From contig JAYZFK010000034.1 in the NCBI GenBank assembly GCA_036336835.1, forward strand, positions 43,777-107,776: a stretch of DNA of 64,000 bases. The letters run 5' to 3'. The notes below the pieces were generated by a model. The model was not told the origin of the DNA. It made no database searches and worked only from the letters and a program-made list of their open reading frames with translations. Positions 49,201 to 57,719 of the stretch are shown here, in pieces; positions within the stretch are counted from its first letter, which is position 1, and every line of letters starts with the position of its first letter. Made by a program: the position numbers and the translations under genes. Source of the DNA: Myxococcota bacterium (GTDB lineage: Bacteria > Myxococcota_A > UBA9160 > UBA4427).

Positions 49201-49778
49201 CGGTCGAGATCGGCTTCAGCAAGAGAGCCGTCGCCTCATTGCTCGAGCTGGAACCGAGCTCCTACTGGGCGCAACTGGCGCACGAACTCGGCTACAGCGA
49301 CGCCCGGCTGCGACGGCACCGCAGCAACCTGATGATGCGCGGCAAGGCCGGAATGACGCGAGCGCGCAGGGTTCCGTTCGACGACCGGCGCGCGATCGGC
49401 CACTCGGTCGAGATGCTACGCCTGCTGAGCCGCGCTCGCCGGGCCCGCGACGTGCCCTCGCGCGACGGCTACCTGGTCGAGGCGCTTGCTGCGGCGGCGT
49501 TCCGGCGAGGCGGCGGCTTCGACCCGCGTGTGCTCGTCGTGCTGCGCGAAATCGTGGGTCCCGACGAGGTCTCCGTCGACGCGCGCATCACTCAGCCCGT
49601 CTGGAGGGAGAGGCGGCTCGTGGGCGGCGCCGACCTGGTGCTCCACACCCACGAGGAGCCTCCGAAGCTCAGCCATCGCCCGATCCTGTTCGAGCCGCGC
49701 GGGCCCGTCCAGATCTACGAGATGCTGGACTCTTTCGATCCGATCGCCCGCGGTGCGAAGTCCGCAGACGCCCACTGA
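46236..49778 (+). CDS. Large exported hypothetical protein with an atypical kinase-like motif set, 1180 aa
   Basis: Long intact ORF with typical codon use and a signal-peptide-like N-terminus (…LLASAPRAGA|EKP). Motifs TKPKF, FKLKVGGEIHSE, GNTDLKEAENNK and HHDLGHSLG. Confidence 0.6.
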   Translation: MQPSPSCCPAPRHLAVLAVQCICLLASAPRAGAEKPLPFPADWQATVEETFFEGGQISTAKLATYRLQLEQRRREATQVLVADYRDRGKSNKAIRKRLRRKKLLVVYGLVLGDTGQLGMLDQLRDEPDPSNARLLASQILEIDYALLVQGERPSSLNIISSLSWAALWQWVVEASSLADQADREASNLFDPETGMYYTPEDLRAMIEAGEDISALQPPPDSSFWRSGTPIAQRSVRKMFYGGGAALHANREADFPLQRARLDKIRLSQTKPKFQLEVQDGDSRRTFKLKVGGEIHSEPTVNALLATLGFNVDLTHYIRDFRLDLDDQTSVEDLRHDWRSYFENRRTHNRFAFDDYFVEGEDEAGRYLLVREGVLEWKPPEIIRIGPWPFGGNGNEGLREVRGLGLFSIWVGNTDLKEAENNKLAMRTDEPLGSGFYHVHHDLGHSLGRMIREQIEAFPWDLVDRTPSGRIKFNYHSVQPSSLRGMITWADARWMTRQIAQLTKRQIAQTVAIGRWPRAAGQLLTEKLASRRNQLVIAFDLLGEQTPSGSIDLLPVDRNLTTDDGAVRDGKLVTGRFEGSTQEFDNYWEEMLGPVWDRALLFVMAQVQRTVGSVPEIVFDERSVGFPKGLILELLVNFKRTTAENSSPTSARDYYVTNDSFLLGARLGGGFVARGEVAYYRRYSLISPAGTQGEAQYADNTIFNLLLPWKIHKGEFPEEYVMVREDFLEVRTRVITDDISGGSAVAGAQVTAARVRLSRDVVSVRKDRTRAYHDVSVFDETGFRAFLKAVFVRIPLATYSSRWGKRRGDLYDLSDALAEHPEAARSALAAFIRSGDMAGLDAVADRTEIQTEFQYRTQEIGLLDFVSGKEGTEREEVVLRDPLSEQPPLDSFRQIQVFRRNFWKLIDFRETYRWNVQTVTTIDAEQPPPILLRFVDSDVDTWSSELGGDYIGFINEIAGAGGSESGHRDAIAFTPELHSANRRWGHIHSTVEIGFSKRAVASLLELEPSSYWAQLAHELGYSDARLRRHRSNLMMRGKAGMTRARRVPFDDRRAIGHSVEMLRLLSRARRARDVPSRDGYLVEALAAAAFRRGGGFDPRVLVVLREIVGPDEVSVDARITQPVWRERRLVGGADLVLHTHEEPPKLSHRPILFEPRGPVQIYEMLDSFDPIARGAKSADAH

Positions 49779-49900
49779 GCGCTGCGACGAGAGGCCCCCG
49801 ATCGCCGAGCGGTCAGCTCCGACCGGCCGCAGCAGCGCGACCTCCCCCACGTGCAACGATCAGCCGAAGGGCAAGGCACGATTCACCGCCTTTCCCGACT

Positions 49901-51154
49901 TCAGCTCGTTTCGTCCCCGGTGTCCTCTTCGAGCGCCAGCAGATCGTCGATCGTCTGCCGGCGTCGGATCAGCCTGGGCTCGCCCGCATCGACCAGGACC
50001 TCGGGCGCGAGAGGTCTCGAGTTGTAGTTGCTGGCCATCGCGGCGGCGTAGGCCCCGGTATCGTGCAACACCAGGAGATCGTCGACCCGTGCCTCGGGCA
50101 GATCGCGCGGCACGACGACACCGCCCTCGCGCTGGGTGAACACGTCGCCCGACTCGCACAGCGGCCCTCCGACGAGCGTTGGCTGCAGAGGCCCGGCGGC
50201 TTCGCTGCCATCGGGCCGGACCAGCGAGATCTCGTGATGGCTACCGTACAGGACAGGACGCATCAGATCGTTGAAACCCGCATCGACGATCGCGAAGCGG
50301 TTGCGGCCGTTCATCTTCACGGCGCGAACCCGCGCCACGAGCTTGCCCGATTCGGCCACCAGATAGCGACCGGGCTCGATCTCGAGCGAGACCGCGTGGC
50401 CAACGACCTGCTCGACTGTGTGCCGCGCCTCGTCCCATACCTCGAAGTAGGCGTCGACGTCCACTACGGCCTCATCGCCGATGTACGGGATGGGGAGCCC
50501 GCCACCGCAGGAGATCGCGCGCACGTCGCGGCGCAGCGCCTCGACCTGGGCAACCATCGCGGCGGCCAGCTTGCGCAGGTGGTCGAAGTCGGCGCCCGAG
50601 CCGATGTGCATGTGCAGCCCAACCAGATCGAGGCCGTACTGATCGATGTGTTTGAGCGCTTCGTCGAGCTGCTCGTGCCAGATTCCGTGCTTGCTCGACT
50701 CGCCCCCGGTGTTGGTCTTGCGACTGTGGCCGTGCCCGAAGCCCGGGTTCACGCGAAGCCAGACGCGGTGACCGCGCTTGCGGCGTCCGAGTTGCTCGAG
50801 CATGTCAGCCGAGCCGGCATTGATCGAAATGTCGTACTGGATCAGCTGGCCGAGCGCATCCTCGGTCACCATATCGGCCGTATAGACGAGATCGGAGGGC
50901 TCGCCCGCTCCCGAGTAGCCGGCACGGCGCGCGCGCTCGACCTCTCCGATCGACACCGCGTCGACGAAAACGCCGAGCTCGCGCATCAGACGCAGGATGT
51001 GCGTGTTCGAACAGGCCTTCTGCGCAAATCGGATCACATCGAAACGCTGCAAGGCGGCTACACGAGCGCGAATCACGGCCGCATCGTAGAGGTAGACGGG
51101 AGTACCGAAACGCTGCGCCACCTCGGCGACGAGGGGGGCGTCGACTGCTTTCAT
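49901..51154 (-). CDS. lysA: Diaminopimelate decarboxylase
   Basis: FGTPVYLYD, RFAQKACSN (PLP lysine), KTNTGGESSKHGI, HMHIGS, EPGRYLVAESG, GPLCESGD and MASNYNSRP. Confidence 0.95.
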   Translation of the reverse strand: MKAVDAPLVAEVAQRFGTPVYLYDAAVIRARVAALQRFDVIRFAQKACSNTHILRLMRELGVFVDAVSIGEVERARRAGYSGAGEPSDLVYTADMVTEDALGQLIQYDISINAGSADMLEQLGRRKRGHRVWLRVNPGFGHGHSRKTNTGGESSKHGIWHEQLDEALKHIDQYGLDLVGLHMHIGSGADFDHLRKLAAAMVAQVEALRRDVRAISCGGGLPIPYIGDEAVVDVDAYFEVWDEARHTVEQVVGHAVSLEIEPGRYLVAESGKLVARVRAVKMNGRNRFAIVDAGFNDLMRPVLYGSHHEISLVRPDGSEAAGPLQPTLVGGPLCESGDVFTQREGGVVVPRDLPEARVDDLLVLHDTGAYAAAMASNYNSRPLAPEVLVDAGEPRLIRRRQTIDDLLALEEDTGDETS

Positions 51155-51267
51155 GGATTCTCCGGACCGGCCAGTTAGCGAAGTATACGCGGGACCGCGC
51201 GCTGGACCAGGCCGGTCGCGGCCCGCCAGTGCCTCGGGGCCGGACCCGCGCGCTAGCATCGGCCGCC

Positions 51268-52191
51268 GTGAAGCCGCCGCTACAAAGTGCAACCGGGAGA
51301 GCCTTCGCTCGCGCCGGCCTGCTCGGCAACCCATCGGATGCCTACGCCGGCAAGGCGATCGCCTTCAGCGTGCGAAACTTCAGCGCCCGTGTCTCCGTCG
51401 AGCCGTCGGACCGCAGCGTCATCGGGGACCAAACCGTCGCCCCGCTGCTCGAAGCGACGCTCGCACGCTATGCGAGCCATGCGGGTACACGCCTGCAACC
51501 GCTTCGCATCGACGTCGAGTCCGACATCCCGTTCCAGGTCGGCCTCTCCGGCTCGAGCGCCATCGTGATCGCTGCCCTGCGCGCCCTGGCCGCCGCGCAC
51601 GGCAGCGAGCTCTCGCCCTTCGACCAGGCCGAGCTGGCCCTCGCCGTCGAGGTAGAGGACCTGGGCATCGCGGCGGGCCCGATGGACCGCGTCGTCCAGG
51701 CCTACGAGGGGCTGTACCTGATGGACTTCCGCTCCGAACGAACACCCGGCGCATACACCCCGCTCGACCCGGGCATGCTTCCCCCGATGCTGATCGTCTG
51801 GGATCCGAGCGGTGGAGCGTCCTCCGGGGTGGTCCACGCCGACGTTCGCGAGCGCTGGCGGCGAGGCGATCCCGACCTGCGGCGCGCGATGGAGAGGTTC
51901 CCGCAGCTCGTCGACGCGGGAATCGACGCTCTGAGGCAGGGCGACTTCGCGCGCTTTCGCACGGCCGTGGACCGCAACTTCGACCATCGCTGCGAGTGGT
52001 TCCCAGTCGCCGATCGCGACCGCGAGATGGTCGCCATCGCCCGCGCCCGCGGCGCGGGCGCCAAGCAGTGCGGATCCGGCGGCGCCTGCCTCGTCGTCTT
52101 GACCAGCCAAGCACAGGCGCCCACGCTCGATTCGGACTACCGACTGGCTGGCTACCGAACGCTCCGACCCGTCATCGAGGACCCGACGTGA
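51268..52191 (+). CDS. GHMP-family sugar kinase, glucuronokinase-like
   Basis: ARAGLLGNPSDAYAGKAI, IPFQVGLSGSSA (GHMP P-loop), LGIAAGPMDRVVQAYEGLYLMDF, SSGVVH and AKQCGSGGA. Confidence 0.82.
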   Translation: MKPPLQSATGRAFARAGLLGNPSDAYAGKAIAFSVRNFSARVSVEPSDRSVIGDQTVAPLLEATLARYASHAGTRLQPLRIDVESDIPFQVGLSGSSAIVIAALRALAAAHGSELSPFDQAELALAVEVEDLGIAAGPMDRVVQAYEGLYLMDFRSERTPGAYTPLDPGMLPPMLIVWDPSGGASSGVVHADVRERWRRGDPDLRRAMERFPQLVDAGIDALRQGDFARFRTAVDRNFDHRCEWFPVADRDREMVAIARARGAGAKQCGSGGACLVVLTSQAQAPTLDSDYRLAGYRTLRPVIEDPT

Positions 52192-52949
52192 AGGCCTACC
52201 TGCTGGCCGCAGGCTACGCGACCCGCCTCTACCCGCTCACCAAGGACCTGCCCAAGCCCCTCCTGGAGATCGGCGACCGGCCGCTGCTCTCCCACATCCT
52301 CGATCGCGTCCTGGAGCTCGACGATCTGAGCGCAGTCACGGTCATCGGCAACCACCGCTTCCACGATCAGCTCTCGAGCTGGAGCCGCACCGTGGAATCC
52401 CGCGTCCCGCTCGACGTCCTAGACGACGGCTCCAGCAGCGAGGACGACAAGCTGGGCGCGAGTAGCGACCTCGCCTTCGGCCTTCGTCACTCGCCACCCT
52501 CCCCCGACGAGGACTTCCTCGTCATCGCCGGCGACAACTGGATCCGCTTCGACCTCCGAGCCGCCCAGCGCGATTATCTCGCCCAGGAACGCCGAGCGAT
52601 GATCCTGCTCCGCCGGCTCGACACCCTGCCGACCGGCGCGAGCCCCTACAACGAAGTGACCACCGACAGCGAGGGCCGAGTCCTCCGCCTGCGCGAGAAA
52701 CCACCCGACCCCCGAACCCTCCTGGTTGCCATCGCCGCCTACTTCTTCCCACCCCGCGTCCGATTCCTTCTCGACCACTACCTGGCGCATGGGGGCAACC
52801 CGGACGCTCCCGGCCACTTCATCGAATGGCTGGTCCAGCACGCCCCGGTCCGCAGCCACACCTTCGAGGGCGAGTGGCTGGACATCGGAACTCCGCAGGC
52901 CCTGGAGCAGGCCAGAGCGGCCGTGGGCTGCGCCGGCAACAAGCTCTGA
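52188..52949 (+). CDS. Sugar-1-phosphate nucleotidyltransferase (NTP_transferase family)
   Basis: LLAAGYATRLYPLT...PKPLL, IAGDN, LREKP and WLDIGT. GTGA overlap with the kinase gene. Confidence 0.9.
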   Translation: MKAYLLAAGYATRLYPLTKDLPKPLLEIGDRPLLSHILDRVLELDDLSAVTVIGNHRFHDQLSSWSRTVESRVPLDVLDDGSSSEDDKLGASSDLAFGLRHSPPSPDEDFLVIAGDNWIRFDLRAAQRDYLAQERRAMILLRRLDTLPTGASPYNEVTTDSEGRVLRLREKPPDPRTLLVAIAAYFFPPRVRFLLDHYLAHGGNPDAPGHFIEWLVQHAPVRSHTFEGEWLDIGTPQALEQARAAVGCAGNKL

Positions 52950-52958
52950 GGCAGACGT

Positions 52959-55247
52959 TCACGGAGTCGAGACGGCCCGACGAGCAGAGCCGACACCAAA
53001 GATCAGCAGAGCCGGAAGCAGGAAGAGCGTCGAGAACAGCGCCGCAGTCACCGTCAGTGCCACGAAGAAGCCGAAGCTCGCGATGGTCTGCCAGGCCGAA
53101 CCGAGGAGAGCGAGGAAGCCCACCGCCACCGAGACGGATGTGATGACGATCGCGCGTCCCGTTCCGAGGACCGTGCCACGAACAGCGTCGATCGTCGCTG
53201 CGCCTGCGTCGACGCGGCGTCGATAGTCGTGGAGAAAATGGATCGCGTCATCGACCCCGACTCCGACTACGACGGCCGCCACCATGGCACGGCCGATGTC
53301 GAGCCCCAGCCCTATCCAGCCCATGACGCCGAGGACGACGACGACCGGGACGACGGTCGGAATCATCGCGACCAGTCCTAGACGCAGCGAAGCGTGAGAG
53401 ATGGACGCCAGAGCGAAGACGAGTAGCAACGCGGTGGGAAGGCTTCGGAGCTGAGTCGCCTGGACCTCGCTCGTCCACGCCTCATTGGTCGCGATGAGAC
53501 CCGTCAGTTCCACTCCCCACGAGCTCGGGACGAGCTTGCGAACGACGGCACGAACCTCGGCCATCTGCCTGCGACTCTCGGCATGTGGGAGGAGATGACT
53601 ATCGACCGACAGCCTCGCAACCCGGCGGTCCAGGGTGAGCCAGGGAACCATCGACTCGGGGTCGTCGAACGAAAGCAGCTCGAACAACTCGGCGTTGCCC
53701 GCTCGAGTCGCTGCCACGCGATCGAACTCCACTCGTCCTTCATTCAGCGCGGCGTTGAGACGAGACAGCAGCGGCACCACGCTGGTTGCATCGCCCATCC
53801 CATCCACCCGCGACAGACGTCGACTGAGCGCGGCAACCACTTCGAGCTGGTCGGGGCCCTCGAACGATTCATCGCCCGGTAGCTCGAGTTCGAGCTCGAG
53901 CGAGTCGGTTCCGCCGAACTCGCGGTCGAAGAACTGGATCCACTGTGAGATCCGGCTCTCCTCCCCGAACGCCTGTACCCAGTCGGTGTCTACGCGAAGC
54001 CAGGCGGCCCCGCTCGCCGCTCCGACCACGACCAGCGCCGCTGCGATCTGGAGGACCCGGGAGGCATTCCGGGTGCTGAGCTTGACGATGGTCTCCATCC
54101 AACGGCTGGGGCGGGCCGGGTTTCGCTGGGGTCCCAGAGAGAAGAAACGCAGCTGAGACCCGATGAGCGGCAAAAGAGTGAACGTCAACAAGAGACAGTA
54201 GGAAACGCCCAATGCCGAGATCGCACCAAAGCGTACGAAGCTGAACAGCCCGCTGGTGGTAAACGAACCCAACGCGACGGCAGTGGTCGCCGTCGTGATT
54301 GCGCACGGTGGGCCCACGTCTCGAGCCGCTCCTAGCAACCGCTCGCGCACGGTTCCCGGTAACTCCTGCGCCCTCGCTAGCAGGTGCACAGCATCACAGA
54401 CTCCCACGATCAGGATCAGCGGGGCCAGCACCTGGTGGATCCCATCCTGGGGCCATCCCAGCCATCCCATCGTTCCCCGGGTCCAGGTCAGGGCGATCCC
54501 CATCGTTGCGAGGGCGACGATCGTCTGCGAGAACGACCTGGTGAAGAGCATCAAGACGGTCGCCATCAGCAGGACCAGGAGCGGGATCAGACGCGCGGTG
54601 CTGTCGTTCAGGTCACGACCGCTGACGATTGCTCGAACCCCCGTGCCGTCCAACATGAACTCGAAGCCCTCCCGCCGATGCTCCGACAGGATCTCCTCGA
54701 GATCGTCCACCAGCGCCTCGCTCGTCTCCGTGGTGTTGTCGACCGGCTGAATCAGGATCGATGCAGCGTCCAGCTCCGGCGAGACGATGCGTCCCCGCCA
54801 GAGCTCGTCGGCGGCGGCTTTGGCAACGAGCTGCGGCAGGTCGTCCGGCAGCTCGCCCCGCTCGACGAGGCGACGCACATCCATGCCCGAAGGAGTCGGA
54901 AGGAGAATCGTCGCATTGCTAGGCGACACGACGTTCCTCACGTCCCCACGGTACTCGAGCCACTCGGTCAGGTCGTGCGCCACGCGAAGGGATCGGTCGT
55001 CGAGCGCGTGCTGGCAGGGCTGCCCCACACCACACGGCCAGGCGAGCCGAATCGGGAGTCCTCCCCCGAAGCGGTTCACCACCCGGTCCAGTCGTTGAAT
55101 GATCGGATGATCGCCGCCGATCAGGACGCGAAAACCGTGCTCGACGCGTACCCGGGGCAGACCCGCCCCGAGGAACGCCGTCGCACAGAGGAGCAGGAGC
55201 CAGGCAAATCGCGGGTGATCGAGGGTGAGGCGCGTCAGCCTGTACAT
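52959..55247 (-). CDS. MMPL/RND-superfamily lipid transporter, 762 aa
   Basis: Two repeats of TM + loop + 5 TM. VGVCDAVHL, ITTATTAVALGS, GVGVDDAIHF and GRAIVITS. Confidence 0.88.
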   Translation of the reverse strand: MYRLTRLTLDHPRFAWLLLLCATAFLGAGLPRVRVEHGFRVLIGGDHPIIQRLDRVVNRFGGGLPIRLAWPCGVGQPCQHALDDRSLRVAHDLTEWLEYRGDVRNVVSPSNATILLPTPSGMDVRRLVERGELPDDLPQLVAKAAADELWRGRIVSPELDAASILIQPVDNTTETSEALVDDLEEILSEHRREGFEFMLDGTGVRAIVSGRDLNDSTARLIPLLVLLMATVLMLFTRSFSQTIVALATMGIALTWTRGTMGWLGWPQDGIHQVLAPLILIVGVCDAVHLLARAQELPGTVRERLLGAARDVGPPCAITTATTAVALGSFTTSGLFSFVRFGAISALGVSYCLLLTFTLLPLIGSQLRFFSLGPQRNPARPSRWMETIVKLSTRNASRVLQIAAALVVVGAASGAAWLRVDTDWVQAFGEESRISQWIQFFDREFGGTDSLELELELPGDESFEGPDQLEVVAALSRRLSRVDGMGDATSVVPLLSRLNAALNEGRVEFDRVAATRAGNAELFELLSFDDPESMVPWLTLDRRVARLSVDSHLLPHAESRRQMAEVRAVVRKLVPSSWGVELTGLIATNEAWTSEVQATQLRSLPTALLLVFALASISHASLRLGLVAMIPTVVPVVVVLGVMGWIGLGLDIGRAMVAAVVVGVGVDDAIHFLHDYRRRVDAGAATIDAVRGTVLGTGRAIVITSVSVAVGFLALLGSAWQTIASFGFFVALTVTAALFSTLFLLPALLIFGVGSARRAVSTP

Positions 55248-55444
55248 CGGTCCGCCACTCTGAACTTCGCCGTGTTCAGAAGTAGATGGGAGCCCTCCAT
55301 GCTAGTCGAGTCGCCCGATGAGACGCGCGACGAGTGCCTGCGACCGATTCGGAGATGTTCGGTTCCGTCCGCATCTGTCCGCCCGCTGCGCCGACGCTCG
55401 CAGCTCCGACCGCAGCGGTGAGAGACGATCCGTGCCTGGAGCGG

Positions 55445-56308
55445 TCAGAGCCGCGCGTGCCGCAGCGCAGTCTCGAGGATGGCTTTGCAGCCGATGTCTT
55501 CGAGCTGGTCCATCGCAGCCTGGACCTGGTTCTTCTCGACGAGGACCTTGACGGCCAGCCAGCGAGGATCCCGCAGCGGTTGGACCGTGGGAGACGAGAA
55601 GCCCGGCGTGATGCGCGCGGCGGCGTCGATGCGGTCGGCGGGGCAGTTGTACTCGATCAACGAATGGCGCGAGGCGACCAACACGCCCTCGATGCGGCGC
55701 AGCAGGCGATCGCGCAGCTCGGGATCGCGCGGGCTCGCCCGACCGATCAACACGGCCTCGGCGTCGAGCAACGTGTCGAGCTCGACGAGGTCGTTCTCGA
55801 TCAGGCTGTTGCCCGTCTCGACGATCTCGACGATCGCGTCGACCATGCCGAGCAGCACCATGACCTCGACCGCGCCCTGGATCGGGAGTACGTGGACGTC
55901 CGGCACGCCGCGCTCGGTAAAGTAGGCCTCTGCCAGATTCACGAACTTCGAGCCTACGACCTTGCCAGCGAGAGCCGAGGACGTGTCGTAGGGCGCATCC
56001 TGGTGGACCGCGACTGCGAGCCGGCATCGCCCGAAGCCGAGCCGCCGATGCGTGACCACGGAGACTCCCTTCTCGGCCACGTGATCGCTGCCCGTAATGC
56101 CGAGGTCGACCACACCCTCGGCGACCAGGACGGGGATGTCGGCCACGTTCGAGAAGATGATCCGCGTTCCGGTCACGGAGCAGGCAGAGAACAGCCGGCG
56201 ACCCGACACGCGAAAACGCAGCCCCGCCGAGCGCAGCAGCTCGAGCGCTGCCTCCTGGAGCCTGCCCTTCGACGGAACGGCGATTCGGAGCGCGTCCTTG
56301 CTCAACAA
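55445..56308 (-). CDS. hisG: ATP phosphoribosyltransferase (long form)
   Basis: LRIAVPSKGRL, DLGITGSD, LGFGRCRL, GAVE and IVETGNSLIENDL, plus the C-terminal regulatory domain PGFSSPTV. Confidence 0.95.
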   Translation of the reverse strand: MLSKDALRIAVPSKGRLQEAALELLRSAGLRFRVSGRRLFSACSVTGTRIIFSNVADIPVLVAEGVVDLGITGSDHVAEKGVSVVTHRRLGFGRCRLAVAVHQDAPYDTSSALAGKVVGSKFVNLAEAYFTERGVPDVHVLPIQGAVEVMVLLGMVDAIVEIVETGNSLIENDLVELDTLLDAEAVLIGRASPRDPELRDRLLRRIEGVLVASRHSLIEYNCPADRIDAAARITPGFSSPTVQPLRDPRWLAVKVLVEKNQVQAAMDQLEDIGCKAILETALRHARL

Positions 56309-56646
56309 GACTCGCCCTCCCCCGGTGCGGTGCGCGACGCCTTCTCCTCGAGCCCGCTCGTACCGACGCGGCGCTCTAGCTCAGCCCAGACGGCGCCCGG
56401 GGCGACGCCCGCCTGCTCGAGCAGCACCAACACGTGGAACAGCAGATCGGCGGCCTCGCGCGCCGTGTGCGCTGAATCGCCCGACACCGCGGCTTCGATC
56501 AGCTCCTCGCTCTCCTCGCGCAGCTTGGCCGCGATCGCTGCGTGGCCTCCGTCGAGTAGCTCCACGACATAGCTGCCGTCGGGCCGCTCGCGGTGCCGCT
56601 GTTCGATCACGCGACCGAGACGCTCGAGAATATCCGGTCCGGACAT
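56302..56646 (-). CDS. hisE: Phosphoribosyl-ATP pyrophosphatase
   Basis: GSYVVELL...KLREESEE...EAADLLFHVLVLL...ELERR. Overlaps hisG. Confidence 0.93.
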   Translation of the reverse strand: MSGPDILERLGRVIEQRHRERPDGSYVVELLDGGHAAIAAKLREESEELIEAAVSGDSAHTAREAADLLFHVLVLLEQAGVAPGAVWAELERRVGTSGLEEKASRTAPGEGESC

Positions 56647-56707
56647 GGCCGCGGAGTCTAGACCAAGTCCCGCGCCGAGCCGCGCCGGTCGGCGGCCCGC
56701 GTCGGAG

Positions 56708-57688
56708 TCAGACGCGTCTCCGATCCCGCGCGACTTCGGCCATCGTCGAGAACAGGCTGACGGTATCGGGTGCGTCGCCCTGCTCGCCCGAGAACTCGCG
56801 ATAGAGGGTCACCGTGTTGACGACGATCCGCTCGGCATCGCCCCAGGAGTCGAAGTCGGCCAGTGCAATGTCGCGCGCCGCCTCCAACGCCGGCATGCCC
56901 GCCTCGAAGCGCTCGCGCGCCTGGGCGGTCACGTATTCGAGGTAGTCGCGCACGGCACGCACGCCGCGGGCGTCGGTGATCGGTCCGTGCCCGGGGACGA
57001 CGGTCTCCGCTCCCAGATCGAGGATCCGGTCACACGCAGAGATCCAGTTCGCCACCGGCCCAACCCACATGATCGGAGTTCCGTCGATAAAGAGAATGTC
57101 GCCCGTGTACACGACGCCGTCATCGGGAAGATGGATCAGGATGTCTCCGCGGGTATGACACGGGCCGACCTCGAGCAGCTCAACTCGTTTGTCACCGACG
57201 AGCAGATCGAGCTGCTTCTCGAAAGTTCGCGTAGGCAAGGTCTTCGTGATGCCTTCGAACTCGAACGGTCCGAAGCAATCGAGGAAGAACTGGCCGACCG
57301 CACCCATCTCCGGCGCCGCCCGCTTGAAGCTCGCGAGCACCTCGGGGCCCTCGGCCGCCATCTCTTCGGCGGTCGCAATCGATGCGATGATTTCGGCGCC
57401 TTCGACCAGCTCGTTGCCGTAGCAATGATCGCCGTTCGCGTGGGTGTTCACGAGAGTGTCGAATTCGACCGTCGCCCGGGGCGCGGCGTCGCGCATCGCG
57501 GCGAGCATCTCGGCAGTCAGCGCAAGGTCGAACAAGGTATCGACGACGAGCGACCGATCCCCGTCGATCACGAGCCCGGCATTGCTCCAGCCCCACGAAC
57601 CGTCCGGCTGCAGGTACGCGTAGCTTCCGCCCCCGAGGTCGTGCAGCCCCTTCGTGTAGGCCCAACCAGACGAGCCGAGCGATTCCAT
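56708..57688 (-). CDS. MBL-fold metallo-hydrolase (cyclase-like)
   Basis: WGWSNAG, NTHANGDHCYGN (HxxxDH variant), HTRGD, TGDILF and VPGHG. Start ATG 57688 follows GGGAGGA. Confidence 0.87.
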   Translation of the reverse strand: MESLGSSGWAYTKGLHDLGGGSYAYLQPDGSWGWSNAGLVIDGDRSLVVDTLFDLALTAEMLAAMRDAAPRATVEFDTLVNTHANGDHCYGNELVEGAEIIASIATAEEMAAEGPEVLASFKRAAPEMGAVGQFFLDCFGPFEFEGITKTLPTRTFEKQLDLLVGDKRVELLEVGPCHTRGDILIHLPDDGVVYTGDILFIDGTPIMWVGPVANWISACDRILDLGAETVVPGHGPITDARGVRAVRDYLEYVTAQARERFEAGMPALEAARDIALADFDSWGDAERIVVNTVTLYREFSGEQGDAPDTVSLFSTMAEVARDRRRV

Positions 57689-57719
57689 GCGGTCCTCCCA
57701 GTGCGCAGCGTCGCGCATT

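Noticed and set aside
52188..55247. Apparent compositional shift (C-rich nucleotidyltransferase, slightly lower-GC MMPL) as evidence of horizontal transfer
   Set aside because: An impression only, not quantified. No flanking repeats, tRNA or mobility genes support an island.
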